A DNA stretch of 48,837 nucleotides from Actinomycetota bacterium (GTDB lineage Bacteria > Actinomycetota > Actinomycetes > S36-B12). Numbering within the stretch: position 1 is the first letter of the stretch; every line of letters begins with the position of its first letter. This document shows positions 11,487-20,747 of the stretch, one piece after another. Position numbers and translations under genes: made by a program. The DNA is taken from contig JAPOKX010000002.1 in NCBI GenBank assembly GCA_029977425.1, positions 1-48,837 on the forward strand. The letters are read 5' to 3'. The notes under the pieces are model-generated. The model worked only from the letters and a program-made list of their open reading frames with translations, searched no databases and was not told where the DNA came from.

Positions 11487-12794
11487 ATGATCCAGCGGAT
11501 TGACCTGCGCGGCTCCGATGCGGACCCGCGCACAGTCCTGCCCCGGGCCGCCATCGATGTGGAAGAGGCGACCGCCACGGTCCTGCCCATCGTCCGCGAC
11601 GTCCAGGCGCGGGGCGCCGACGCGGTCCTGGACTGGACAGAGCGGTTCGACGGGGTGCGCCCGGCTCACCTGCGCGTGCCCGCCGAGGCCATCGCTCAGG
11701 CCGTGGCCGGCCTCGACCCCTCGGTCCGCGCCGCACTGGAGGAGTCCATCCGTCGCGCCCGCATCGTGCACTCCGATCAGGTGCGCTCGGAGACCACGAC
11801 GACAGTGGTGGATGGGGGCACGGTCACGGAGCGGTGGGTTCCGGTCGCGCGCGTGGGCCTCTACGTCCCCGGCGGTCGCGCGGTCTACCCCAGCAGCGTC
11901 GTGATGAACGTCGTGCCCGCCCAGATCGCCGGCGTGGAGTCCCTCTGCGTCGTCTCGCCCGCCCAGGCCGACCACGGCGGGCTGCCCCATCCCACGATCC
12001 TCGCCGCATGCGGTCTCCTCGGAGTGGACGAGGTCTACGCCGCGGGCGGCGCGCAGGCGATCGCCATGCTCGCCTACGGCGTCGACCTTCCCGATGGCAG
12101 CCGATGCGAGCCCGTCGACATGGTGACCGGCCCCGGCAACGTGTGGGTGACCGCCGCCAAGCGGGTCCTCAAGGGTCAGATCGGCATCGACTCCGAGGCG
12201 GGACCGACCGAGGTCGCCGTGCTCGCCGATGACACGGCAAATGCCGCGCACGTCGCGGCCGACCTCATCAGCCAGGCCGAGCACGACACCCTGGCGGCGG
12301 CGGTGCTCATCACCATGTCGCCGCAGCTTGCCGACGCGGTGGAGCGCGAGATCGATGAGCAGCTTGCCCAGACCAAGCACGTCGAGCGCATCAGCGAGGC
12401 CCTCTCAGGTCCGCAGAGCGGCATCGTCCTCGTGGATGACCTGACGCAGGGGCTTCGCGTCGTGGATGCCTACGCCGCGGAGCACCTCGAGATCCACACG
12501 CGCGATGCGCGATCGGTGGCGGAGCGGGTCCGCAATGCGGGCGCGATCTTCGTCGGCACCCACGCGCCTGTCTCACTCGGCGACTACTGCGCGGGCTCCA
12601 ACCACGTGCTGCCCACGGGCGGCTCCGCTGCCCACGCCTCGGGCCTGTCGGTCCAGACCTTCCTGCGCGGCATCCACATCATCGACTACGACCGCTCTGC
12701 TCTCGAGGGCGTGGCCGATCACGTCGTCGCGCTCGCGCTGGCGGAGGACCTGCCGGGCCACGCCGCCGCCATCACGGTCCGGCTTCCGGACTGA
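11487..12794 (+). CDS. hisD: Histidinol dehydrogenase
   Basis: N-terminus MIQRIDLRG... aligns by eye with actinobacterial HisD. Also carries the QAEHD and GDYxAGxNHVLPT motifs. Confidence 0.93.
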   Translation: MIQRIDLRGSDADPRTVLPRAAIDVEEATATVLPIVRDVQARGADAVLDWTERFDGVRPAHLRVPAEAIAQAVAGLDPSVRAALEESIRRARIVHSDQVRSETTTTVVDGGTVTERWVPVARVGLYVPGGRAVYPSSVVMNVVPAQIAGVESLCVVSPAQADHGGLPHPTILAACGLLGVDEVYAAGGAQAIAMLAYGVDLPDGSRCEPVDMVTGPGNVWVTAAKRVLKGQIGIDSEAGPTEVAVLADDTANAAHVAADLISQAEHDTLAAAVLITMSPQLADAVEREIDEQLAQTKHVERISEALSGPQSGIVLVDDLTQGLRVVDAYAAEHLEIHTRDARSVAERVRNAGAIFVGTHAPVSLGDYCAGSNHVLPTGGSAAHASGLSVQTFLRGIHIIDYDRSALEGVADHVVALALAEDLPGHAAAITVRLPD

Positions 12795-12804
12795 CGGGCC
12801 TGCG

Positions 12805-13947
12805 ATGACCTGGTCGCCTCCCGTGCGCGAGGACCTGCGCGGGGCGAGTCCCTACGGCGCGCCGCAATTGGACGTGCCGGTCCGCCTCAACACCAACGAG
12901 AACCCCTTTCCGCTGTCTCCTGAGCTCGCTGAGCGCATGGGACGTGCGGTGGTCGAAGCGGCGCACGGGCTCAATCGCTACCCCGATCGCGAGGCATGGG
13001 CTCTGCGCGAGGACCTCTCGGCCTACCTCCTGCGCGAGTCGGGTGTCGCGGTCGACCCGGCCATGGTGTGGCCCGCCAACGGGTCCAACGAGGTCATGCA
13101 CCATGTCTTCTCGGCGTTCGGCGGCCCGGGGCGCCTCGCGATGGGGTTCTCGCCGACGTACTCGATGTACGAGCAGTACGCCCGCGACACCTTCACGCGC
13201 TACCGCACCGTCGGCAGGCGCCCAGACTTCGGCCTGGACGCCGCGATGGTCGTGGCGGCCATGATCGGGGGCTCCCCGGACATCGTCATCCTCACGTCGC
13301 CCAACAACCCGACGGGGACGGCCCTGACCCTCGACGTCGTCTCCGCCGCGTGCGCGATGTCGTCGGGCATCGTGGTCGTCGACGAGGCCTACGCGGAGTT
13401 CCGTCGGCCGGGCACGCCTACGGCGCTCACGCTGCTGGAGGCGCACCCCAACCTCGTGGTGACGCGCACGATGAGCAAGGCCTTCGCCATGGCCGGGGCG
13501 CGCGTGGGCTACGCCGTGGCGAGCCCCGAGGTCGTCGATGCGCTCCGCCTCGTGCGCCTTCCGTATCACCTGTCGAGTGTCACGCAGGCCGTCGCGCGCG
13601 CAGCGCTCGCGAGCAGTGACGAGCTCCTCGGACAGGTCGATCTCCTGCGCGCGGAGCGGGATGCGCTCGTGGACTGGCTCCGGTCGTCCGGCGTCCGCGC
13701 CATCGACTCCGATGCGAACTTCATCCTGGTAGGGGAGTTCGCCGACCGGCATCGCGCGTGGCAAGCGCTCCTTGACCGGGGCGTGCTCATCCGCGAAGTG
13801 GGCCCGGACGGGTGGCTGCGCGTCACCGTCGGCACGCCGCAAGACAATGAGGCCTTCCGAGCGGCCCTCGCCGAGGTGATCGCGATGGACGGCATGATGG
13901 TGCCCCCTGCCGAGGGTGACGGCAGCATGGATGGAGGCACGGCATGA
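12805..13947 (+). CDS. hisC: Histidinol-phosphate aminotransferase
   Basis: RLNTNENPF motif and the PLP lysine context TMSKAFAMAGARVGY. ATG 12805 lies 10 nt after the hisD stop. Confidence 0.9.
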   Translation: MTWSPPVREDLRGASPYGAPQLDVPVRLNTNENPFPLSPELAERMGRAVVEAAHGLNRYPDREAWALREDLSAYLLRESGVAVDPAMVWPANGSNEVMHHVFSAFGGPGRLAMGFSPTYSMYEQYARDTFTRYRTVGRRPDFGLDAAMVVAAMIGGSPDIVILTSPNNPTGTALTLDVVSAACAMSSGIVVVDEAYAEFRRPGTPTALTLLEAHPNLVVTRTMSKAFAMAGARVGYAVASPEVVDALRLVRLPYHLSSVTQAVARAALASSDELLGQVDLLRAERDALVDWLRSSGVRAIDSDANFILVGEFADRHRAWQALLDRGVLIREVGPDGWLRVTVGTPQDNEAFRAALAEVIAMDGMMVPPAEGDGSMDGGTA

Positions 13948-14555
13948 GTCGCACCGGTCGCGTGGAGCGGACGACGAAGGAGAGCAGCGTGCTCGTCGAG
14001 ATCGATCTCGACGGATCGGGGCGCGCCGACGTCCAGACAGGGGTCCCCTTCTTCGATCACATGCTGAGCCAGCTCGGCAAGCACGGCGGGTTCGACCTCA
14101 CCGTGCGCACGACTGGCGACCTCGAGGTCGATGCGCACCACACGGTGGAGGACACATCCCTGGCGCTCGGCGCAGCCTTCCGCGAGGCACTGGGCGACGC
14201 CGCGGGCACGCGCCGATTCGGCGATTCCCTCGTGCCCCTCGACGAGTCCCTGTGCCAGTGCGCCGTCGACCTGTCCGGACGGCCCTATCTCGTGCACGTC
14301 GAGCCGGAGATCGTCGAGCTCATCGGGTCCTACGACACCACGCTCACGCGACACATCTTCGAGTCGTTCGTGGCGACCGCGCAGATCACCCTGCACGTGC
14401 GCGTGCTCAACGGGCGCAATGCCCACCATGTCGTCGAGGCGCAGTTCAAGTCGTTCGCCCGCGCGCTCCGCGATGCGGTGGCGCTCGATCCGCGTGTCGT
14501 CGGCGTGCCCTCCACCAAGGGCACGCTGTCGAGCCGCGAGTCCGCGGAGGCGTGA
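13944..14555 (+). CDS. hisB: Imidazoleglycerol-phosphate dehydratase
   Basis: [20 protein letters not shown] and HHxVE motifs. ATGA overlap with hisC. Confidence 0.93.
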   Translation: MSRTGRVERTTKESSVLVEIDLDGSGRADVQTGVPFFDHMLSQLGKHGGFDLTVRTTGDLEVDAHHTVEDTSLALGAAFREALGDAAGTRRFGDSLVPLDESLCQCAVDLSGRPYLVHVEPEIVELIGSYDTTLTRHIFESFVATAQITLHVRVLNGRNAHHVVEAQFKSFARALRDAVALDPRVVGVPSTKGTLSSRESAEA

Positions 14556-14716
14556 TGGGCTGGACCGCCGTACTCCTGCTCACGCTCGCTGCCTTCCTCG
14601 CCGGCGGTGTCTACTCCTTCGCCAAGCAAGGCAAGCGCAATGCCGCGATCATCCTCGGGATCCTGGCGGCGATGGCTCTCGCGGGCGGCGCCCTCTATGC
14701 CTGGGACGCCATCTGA
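14555..14716 (+). CDS. Small (53 aa) two-TM membrane protein embedded in the his operon
   Basis: [53 protein letters not shown]. Strong G/C at third positions. TGATG overlaps at both ends (hisB stop, hisH start). Confidence 0.55.
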   Translation: MGWTAVLLLTLAAFLAGGVYSFAKQGKRNAAIILGILAAMALAGGALYAWDAI

Positions 14717-15345
14717 TGGCATCGGTCGTCGTCCTCGACTACGGCTCCGGCAACCTCCGATCCGCTCAGCGCGCTCTCGAGCGCGCGGGCGCGACCGTCG
14801 AGGTGACGTCAGACGCCGACGCGGTGATGGCCGCCGATGGGCTTGTCGTGCCAGGCGTAGGCGCGTTTGCCGCCTGCATGGCCGGCTTGACCGCGGTGCA
14901 CGGTCCCCAGCTCATCGGGCGAAGGCTGGCGGGCGGCCGACCCGTCCTGGGCATTTGCGTGGGCATGCAGGTGCTCTTCGACGCCGGCGTGGAGCACGGG
15001 GTCGAGACGGCCGGACTGGCGGAGTGGCCCGGCGTCGTGCAACGACTTCACGCTGACGTCCTGCCGCACATGGGATGGAACACCGTCGAGGCACCCGCGG
15101 AGTCGCGGATGTTCGAGGGCGTGCGCGACGCCTACTTCTACTTCGTCCACTCCTACGGCGTCCTCGACTGGACGCTGCCCGCCTCCGACCGTCTCTCCGC
15201 GCCCCTCGTGACCTGGACCGACTACGGCACCCCCTTCGTCTCGGCGGTGGAGAACGGCCCACTCTGGGCGACGCAGTTCCATCCGGAGAAGTCCGGCGAC
15301 GCGGGTGCGCGCGTGCTGCGCAACTGGATCGAGACTCTGGCCTAG
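14716..15345 (+). CDS. hisH: Imidazole glycerol phosphate synthase, glutaminase subunit
   Basis: [12 protein letters not shown], catalytic GICVGMQ and FHPEKS motifs. Confidence 0.92.
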   Translation: MASVVVLDYGSGNLRSAQRALERAGATVEVTSDADAVMAADGLVVPGVGAFAACMAGLTAVHGPQLIGRRLAGGRPVLGICVGMQVLFDAGVEHGVETAGLAEWPGVVQRLHADVLPHMGWNTVEAPAESRMFEGVRDAYFYFVHSYGVLDWTLPASDRLSAPLVTWTDYGTPFVSAVENGPLWATQFHPEKSGDAGARVLRNWIETLA

Positions 15346-15347
15346 GG

Positions 15348-15677
15348 ATGGCGAAGGAGCGGGCGCGCAAGCGCGCCGAACGGGAGGCCGCGGCAGCGCG
15401 CGAGCGCGAGGTGCGCGCCCGTCGTCGGGCGCGCAAGGAGCGCGTCGAGCGCGTGCGCACCTCGGTGGCCTCGGCGCTGCCGGACCGACCCAAGGTCGCA
15501 CCGGGCCTGCTGGCCCGCCGTCGCCGGCGGCGCCTCTTCGCGTTCGCCCTCGGCATCATCGCGATCCAGGTGCTGGTCTGGCCGTTCGTGCCGAGCTGGA
15601 CCGGTCGTCTCGTGGTGCTGGTGCTCACGCTGCTGGCGGCTCCGGTCGTCTGGGTCCTCAGCTTCGGTCGCGTCTAA
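15348..15677 (+). CDS. Hypothetical membrane protein (109 aa) with an extremely Arg/Glu-rich N-terminal tail and two TM helices
   Basis: MAKERARKRAEREAAAAREREVRARRRARKERVERVR..., then two hydrophobic helices. G/C at nearly all third positions. ATG lies 2 nt after the hisH stop. Confidence 0.55.
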   Translation: MAKERARKRAEREAAAAREREVRARRRARKERVERVRTSVASALPDRPKVAPGLLARRRRRRLFAFALGIIAIQVLVWPFVPSWTGRLVVLVLTLLAAPVVWVLSFGRV

Positions 15678-15686
15678 GACGCCGAC

Positions 15687-15692
15687 TAGGGT
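15687..15692 (+). promoter_or_regulatory. -10 box TAGGGT positioned for a leaderless priA transcript (internal his-operon promoter)
   Basis: ACTAGGGTG, then exactly 6 nt (ggcgtc), then ATG 15699. Same extended motif and spacing as at dnaE. Confidence 0.3.
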
Positions 15693-15698
15693 GGCGTC

Positions 15699-16475
15699 AT
15701 GTCCCCAGGCACCCGCTTCGAACTCCTCCCCGCCGTCGACATCGCCGATGGCACCGCTGTGCGCCTCGTCCAGGGCGAGGCGGGCACGGAGACCTCCTAT
15801 GGCGATCCAGTCGCGGCCGCTCGCCAGTGGGTCGATCAGGGCGCCTACTGGCTGCACGTCGTCGACCTCGACCGTGCCTTCGGCCATGGCACCAATGCCG
15901 ACCAGGTCGCCGCGATCGTGCGCGAGGTGAGCGACCGCTGCCACGTCGAAGTCGCGGGAGGGATTCGCGACGACGAGTCGCTCGCCGCTGCACTCGCCAC
16001 CGGAGCGCAGCGCGTGGTCATCGGCACGGCGGCGATGGAGTCGCCCGACTGGGTTGCGGACGTCATCGCGAAGCACGGCGAGCGCATTGCGGTGTCCCTC
16101 GACGTGCGCGGGACAACCCTGGCGGCGCGGGGCTGGACCCAGGAGGGAGGCGACGTCTTCGAGGCGATCGATCGGCTCGACGCCGCGGGATGCGCCCACT
16201 ACATCGTCACGGATGTCGAACGCGACGGCACGATGCATGGGCCGCACTTCCACCTGCTCCATCGCATCTGCAAGCACACCTCGACTCCGGTGATCGCGTC
16301 CGGAGGGATCGCCACGCTCGAGGACGTCCACAAGCTCGTGGAGATGATCCCTCAGGGCATCGCCGGCGCCGTGATCGGCCGGGCACTCTATGACGGAGCC
16401 TTCACCTTCCCCGAGCTCGTCGCGGCCATCGAGCCCAGGATCGACCTGTGGACCTGGGGTCCGCCGCAGCCGTGA
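15699..16475 (+). CDS. priA: ProFAR isomerase, probably the bifunctional HisA/TrpF enzyme PriA
   Basis: (beta-alpha)8 HisA-type sequence [10 protein letters not shown]... VTDVERDGT... ASGGI. There is no trpF in the adjacent trp cluster. Bifunctionality is inferred from actinobacterial precedent. Confidence 0.88.
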   Translation: MSPGTRFELLPAVDIADGTAVRLVQGEAGTETSYGDPVAAARQWVDQGAYWLHVVDLDRAFGHGTNADQVAAIVREVSDRCHVEVAGGIRDDESLAAALATGAQRVVIGTAAMESPDWVADVIAKHGERIAVSLDVRGTTLAARGWTQEGGDVFEAIDRLDAAGCAHYIVTDVERDGTMHGPHFHLLHRICKHTSTPVIASGGIATLEDVHKLVEMIPQGIAGAVIGRALYDGAFTFPELVAAIEPRIDLWTWGPPQP

Positions 16476-17257
16476 GCCTTGCCGTACGAGTGATCCCCTG
16501 CCTCGACGTCGACGCCGGTCGTGTCGTCAAGGGGGTCAACTTCGCTGACCTGCGCGATGCCGGGGATCCCGTGGAGCTCGCGCGTCGCTATGACGCGGAA
16601 GGGGCCGACGAGCTCGTCTTCCTCGACATCACCGCCTCGTCCGGACAGCGTGAGACGACGTACGACATGGTCCGTCGCACCGCCGACCAGGTCTTCATCC
16701 CGCTCACCGTGGGCGGCGGAGTGCGATCCGTGGACGACTTCGACCGGCTGCTGCGGGCGGGAGCGGACAAGGTGAGCCTGAGCACGGCTGCCGTGACGGG
16801 ACCCGACCTCATCGACGCCGCTGCCCGGCAGTTCGGATCGCAGTGCGTCGTCTTGTCCGTCGACACGCGGCGCGCTGAAGGCATGGCATCTGGCTTCGAG
16901 GTGACGACGCATGGAGGTCGCGAGGCCACGGGGCGCGACACGCTCGCGTGGGTCCAGGAGGCCGTCGACCGCGGAGTGGGGGAGATCCTGCTGAACTCGA
17001 TGGATGCCGACGGCACCCGGGATGGCTTCGACCTCGAGCTCATCCGGGCGGTGCGCCAGTGCGTGGACGTGCCGATCATCGCCAGTGGCGGGGCGGGCCG
17101 GCCCGAGCATGCGGTGCCGGCCGTCGAGGCGGGGGCCGACGCGGTCCTCGCGGCGAGCATCTTCCACTTCGGCGACGTCACCATCGCCGAGGTGAAGGAC
17201 GCGCTCGCCGCGGCCGGCCTCCCCGTGCGCCCGCTGACCGCGAGCGCCTCGCGATAG
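16472..17257 (+). CDS. hisF: Imidazole glycerol phosphate synthase, cyclase subunit
   Basis: [19 protein letters not shown] and ASGGAG motifs. GTG 16472 overlaps the priA stop (GTGA). The track start 16448 is also possible. Confidence 0.92.
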   Translation: MSLAVRVIPCLDVDAGRVVKGVNFADLRDAGDPVELARRYDAEGADELVFLDITASSGQRETTYDMVRRTADQVFIPLTVGGGVRSVDDFDRLLRAGADKVSLSTAAVTGPDLIDAAARQFGSQCVVLSVDTRRAEGMASGFEVTTHGGREATGRDTLAWVQEAVDRGVGEILLNSMDADGTRDGFDLELIRAVRQCVDVPIIASGGAGRPEHAVPAVEAGADAVLAASIFHFGDVTIAEVKDALAAAGLPVRPLTASASR

Positions 17258-17271
17258 CGGACAATGACGCC

Positions 17272-17592
17272 GTGACCGAGGTGCGCTACGACGATCGCGG
17301 GCTCGTGCCCGTCGTCGTCCAGCAATGGGACTCCGGCGAGGTCCTCATGGTCGCCTGGATGGACGCCGAGGCGCTCCGCCGCACGCGCGACACCGGTAGG
17401 GCGACGTATTGGTCGCGCAGTCGCCAGGAGTACTGGGTCAAGGGCGAGACCTCGGGTCACGTCCAGGACGTCCGGGAGATCCGCGTGGACTGCGATGGCG
17501 ACACCCTGCTGCTGCTCGTCGATCAGCATGGCGTCGCCTGTCACACCGGTGCGCGGACCTGCTTCACGTCCCTGTCGGACGACAGCGCATGA
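17272..17592 (+). CDS. hisI: Phosphoribosyl-AMP cyclohydrolase
   Basis: [26 protein letters not shown]... [16 protein letters not shown]... [12 protein letters not shown]... ACHTG. Monofunctional size (106 aa). The GTG 17272 start is tentative. Confidence 0.88.
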   Translation: MTEVRYDDRGLVPVVVQQWDSGEVLMVAWMDAEALRRTRDTGRATYWSRSRQEYWVKGETSGHVQDVREIRVDCDGDTLLLLVDQHGVACHTGARTCFTSLSDDSA

Positions 17593-19154
17593 GCGAGCGT
17601 CGCGCCTGGGGCTTCCCGCTCCCGGCCCCGGGGGGCACCGCACCGGCGCTCGATCGGTTCAGGGAGCTGGCCCCGGGGCGCCGCGTCATCCCCGTCGTAA
17701 GGCGCCTGCTCGCGGACGGCGAGACCCCCGTGGGGCTCTACCGCAGGCTCGCGCAGGAGCGTCCCGGCACCTTCCTCCTCGAGTCCGCGGAGCACGGGCG
17801 CGCCTACTCTCGCTTCTCCTTCGTGGGCGTGCGCAGCAGCGCCCTGCTCACTGAGCGCGAGGGCGCCGTCGCCTGGTGGGGCACGCCCCCGCTCGACGTC
17901 CCACGCGCGGGCGACCCGCTCGACGCGCTGCGCGAGACGGTCGAGCTCCTGCGCACCGACCGCCCGGAGGGACTTCCGCCCCTGACGGGCGGCATGGTCG
18001 GCTACCTCTCCTACGACGCCGTGCGCCGATGGGAGCGCGTCGCGGACGGCAATCCCGATGAGTTGCGCGTGCCTGAGCTTGGCTTCCTGCTGGCGACGGA
18101 CCTGGCCGTCCTCGATCACGCCGACGGGACCGTGCTCCTCATCGCGAATGCCGTCAACGTCGACAACAGCGACGAGCGGATAGACGAGGCCTGGCACGAT
18201 GCCATCGCGCGGCTCGACGCCATGGAGCGCGACCTCGAACAGCCGGCGCCCTCGACGGTGGCCACCTACGATCCCGACGCCGCCACCGAGGTGGTCGACC
18301 GCACGACCCCCGAGGAGTTCCAGCGAAGCGTCCGCGCGGCACAGGAGCTCATCCGCGCCGGGGATGCCTTCCAGGTGGTCGTGTCGCAGAGGTTCGACGC
18401 GACGTGCGCGGCGAGCGCGCTCGATGTCTATCGCGTGCTCCGCGTGACCAATCCGAGTCCCTACATGTACCTGATGCGCATCCCGCGCGTGGACGGCGAG
18501 GGAGTGGACTTCGACATCGTGGGCTCCTCGCCCGAGGCGCTCGTGACCGTGCACGAGGGCCGCTGTCGCGTGCACCCCATCGCCGGCACCCGTCCCCGCG
18601 GCGCCACGGCGGAGGAGGACGCAGCGCTCGTCGAGGGCCTCCTCGCCGACGACAAGGAGCGCGCCGAGCACCTCATGCTGGTGGATCTCGGGCGCAACGA
18701 CCTCGGCCGCGTGTGCCGACCGGGCTCGGTCGAGGTGGTCGAGTTCATGCAGGTGGAGCGCTACTCCCACGTGATGCACCTGGTGTCCACGGTCGTCGGC
18801 GCACTCGAACCCGAGCGCACCGCGCTCGACGCCCTGGTCGCGACCTTCCCGGCCGGGACCCTGTCAGGAGCCCCCAAGCCGCGCGCGATGTCCATCATCG
18901 ACGACCTTGAGCCCGCTCGACGAGGCCTCTACGGAGGCGTGGTCGGCTACGTCGACTTCGCGGGAGACCTCGACACCGCCATCGCCATACGCACCGCCCT
19001 CATTCGCGGGAATCGTGCCTATGTCCAGGCGGGAGCGGGCGTGGTTGCCGACTCGGACCCCGCGTCCGAGGACGCCGAATGCCGAGCCAAGGCGGCAGCG
19101 GTGCTGCGCGCGGTCGCCATTGCGGGCAGCCTGCGCGGGATCGGAGAGTCGTGA
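17589..19154 (+). CDS. trpE: Anthranilate synthase component I
   Basis: [17 protein letters not shown]-like, SPYMYL, GTRPRG and [19 protein letters not shown] motifs. The ATG overlaps the hisI stop (ATGA). Confidence 0.92.
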   Translation: MSERRAWGFPLPAPGGTAPALDRFRELAPGRRVIPVVRRLLADGETPVGLYRRLAQERPGTFLLESAEHGRAYSRFSFVGVRSSALLTEREGAVAWWGTPPLDVPRAGDPLDALRETVELLRTDRPEGLPPLTGGMVGYLSYDAVRRWERVADGNPDELRVPELGFLLATDLAVLDHADGTVLLIANAVNVDNSDERIDEAWHDAIARLDAMERDLEQPAPSTVATYDPDAATEVVDRTTPEEFQRSVRAAQELIRAGDAFQVVVSQRFDATCAASALDVYRVLRVTNPSPYMYLMRIPRVDGEGVDFDIVGSSPEALVTVHEGRCRVHPIAGTRPRGATAEEDAALVEGLLADDKERAEHLMLVDLGRNDLGRVCRPGSVEVVEFMQVERYSHVMHLVSTVVGALEPERTALDALVATFPAGTLSGAPKPRAMSIIDDLEPARRGLYGGVVGYVDFAGDLDTAIAIRTALIRGNRAYVQAGAGVVADSDPASEDAECRAKAAAVLRAVAIAGSLRGIGES

Positions 19155-19831
19155 GGGCGCCCGGTCGCCGCTTCGCCGGTGTCCTCCTCGTCCTCGCCCT
19201 CGCGTCGCTCGGCGTCCTCGTGTCCTACGGCGCCACGTGGGTCGTGGCCCTCGTCCCGGTGTTCGCGGGCTCCGCCGCGGAGTCCGCCCCGGCGCGCGAG
19301 ATCGCGCTCACCGGCCGTGACCTCGCGCCCCTGGGAGCGGCGATGGGCTGGGTGGGACTCGCGGCGATCGCCGCACTGCTCGCCACGCGGACATGGGGTC
19401 GCCGCGTCACGGGCGCGGTCGTGCTCATCGCCGGCGGTGCCGCAGGGGTCACGGGGGTCGCCTTCGGTCTCACCGAGGTCGCGAGCGGCGGCGGGGGCAC
19501 CTTCGTCGCCGCAGCACTGGGAGACGAGTCCGCGGCGGCAGCGACGTCGGTGAGCATCAGTGCGTGGTGGGTCGTGGCCCTGCTGTCAGGGCTGGCGATG
19601 CTCGCCTGCGGCATGATCGCCCTCCTCGACGGTCCCGCTTGGCCGCGGCTGGGTGCCCGCTACTCGCGGCCCGACAGCCAGGCGACCGCCCCCAGTGCAG
19701 CGGCCGCCTGGGACGCACTTGATCGCGGTGAGGACCCGACCCTGGCCGACGAGCCGCGCGCTCCTGCGGACGAGGCCCCTGGTTCAATGGGAAGCGCACG
19801 ACCCGATACCCCGTTGGAGGAGGAGCGATGA
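19151..19831 (+). CDS. Trp-operon-associated polytopic membrane protein (TIGR02234-like; positional equivalent of M. tuberculosis Rv1610)
   Basis: 226 aa with several TM helices. GTG 19151 overlaps the trpE stop (GTGA). It occupies the conserved trpE-downstream position. Confidence 0.7.
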   Translation: MRAPGRRFAGVLLVLALASLGVLVSYGATWVVALVPVFAGSAAESAPAREIALTGRDLAPLGAAMGWVGLAAIAALLATRTWGRRVTGAVVLIAGGAAGVTGVAFGLTEVASGGGGTFVAAALGDESAAAATSVSISAWWVVALLSGLAMLACGMIALLDGPAWPRLGARYSRPDSQATAPSAAAAWDALDRGEDPTLADEPRAPADEAPGSMGSARPDTPLEEER

Positions 19832-20034
19832 GCGCCGGCAAGCATGGTTCGACTCCCGCGGCCTGGACCCTCGTCGTCCTGGTCACGCTCGGCTTCATCG
19901 TGTCCACCGTGGGCCTCGTGATGGGCTCGTGGCCCGCGTTCTGGGCGGGCGTGGCCATCGTCGCCCTGGGTGGCATCGTGGGCGGCGTCATGAAGGCCGC
20001 CGGGCTCGGCAAGCCGCGCGAGCACGCTGCCTGA
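19828..20034 (+). CDS. HGxxPAAW-family small membrane protein
   Basis: 68 aa. KHGSTPAAW motif followed by two TM helices. ATGA overlap with the preceding gene. Confidence 0.7.
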   Translation: MSAGKHGSTPAAWTLVVLVTLGFIVSTVGLVMGSWPAFWAGVAIVALGGIVGGVMKAAGLGKPREHAA

Positions 20035-20058
20035 CGATCGTCGACGCATCGACGATCG
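20035..20058. repeat. Perfect 10-bp inverted repeat CGATCGTCGA-cgca-TCGACGATCG (hairpin or operator) just upstream of the response regulator
   Basis: Read directly. It begins 1 nt after the TGA at 20032-20034 and ends 2 nt before the candidate TTG start at 20061. Confidence 0.85.
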
Positions 20059-20060
20059 CG

Positions 20061-20747
20061 TTGCCCCCCAACGACCGCCCACCCCTCATCCTCGTCGTCG
20101 AGGACGAGCCCCCCATTGCCGACGTGCTCCGTCTCTACCTGGATCGCGCGGGCTATGCCGTGGCGGTCGAGTCCGATGGCCTGCGGGGGCTTGCCGCCGT
20201 CCGTGAGCGTCGACCGGATGCCGTGATCCTCGATGTCGGCCTCCCCGGCATGGACGGCACGGAGATCTGTCGTCGGATGCGCGCCGAGGATGACTGGACC
20301 CCGGTGCTCTTCTGCACGGCGCGCGACGACGAGGTGGACCGCGTCCTCGGCCTGGAGATGGGCGGCGATGACTACATCACCAAGCCCTTCAGCCCGCGAG
20401 AGGTCGTGGCGCGCGTCAAGGTGGCCCTGCGCCACGCCCATGCCCCCGACCCGGGCGACGTCCTCGTCCTGGGCCGCGTCACCCTCGATCGCGGCGCGCG
20501 CCGGGTGCTCGTGGACGGCGGAGAAGTGACGCTCACCGCCACCGAGTTCGACCTGCTCGCCTACCTCATGCAGCATCCGGGTCGCGTGATCACGCGCGAT
20601 CGCCTCCTCGAGGAGGTGTGGGGCTACGCATCGGCGGTGGGCACGCGCACGGTGGACGTCCACGTCGCTCAGGTGCGCGCCAAGCTGGGCGACGCGAGCC
20701 CGATCCGGACGGTGCGTGGCGTCGGCTACTCCGCGGAATCCGCATGA
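20061..20747 (+). CDS. OmpR/PhoB-family response regulator
   Basis: Receiver domain LILVVEDE... DAVILDVGLPGMDG... DDYITKPF. Winged-helix LTATEFDLLAYLM... RTVRGVGY. TTG 20061 is the only ATG/GTG/TTG codon close upstream of the receiver domain, so the start is uncertain. Confidence 0.85.
   Translation: MPPNDRPPLILVVEDEPPIADVLRLYLDRAGYAVAVESDGLRGLAAVRERRPDAVILDVGLPGMDGTEICRRMRAEDDWTPVLFCTARDDEVDRVLGLEMGGDDYITKPFSPREVVARVKVALRHAHAPDPGDVLVLGRVTLDRGARRVLVDGGEVTLTATEFDLLAYLMQHPGRVITRDRLLEEVWGYASAVGTRTVDVHVAQVRAKLGDASPIRTVRGVGYSAESA

Noticed and set aside
10797-12794. Mutually overlapping 527-aa (minus) and 619-aa (plus) ORFs
   Set aside because: These are 5' extension artefacts. Conserved N-termini place the real starts at 11456 (LON-N protein) and 11487 (hisD). 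The extensions are antisense to each other's genuine coding sequence.
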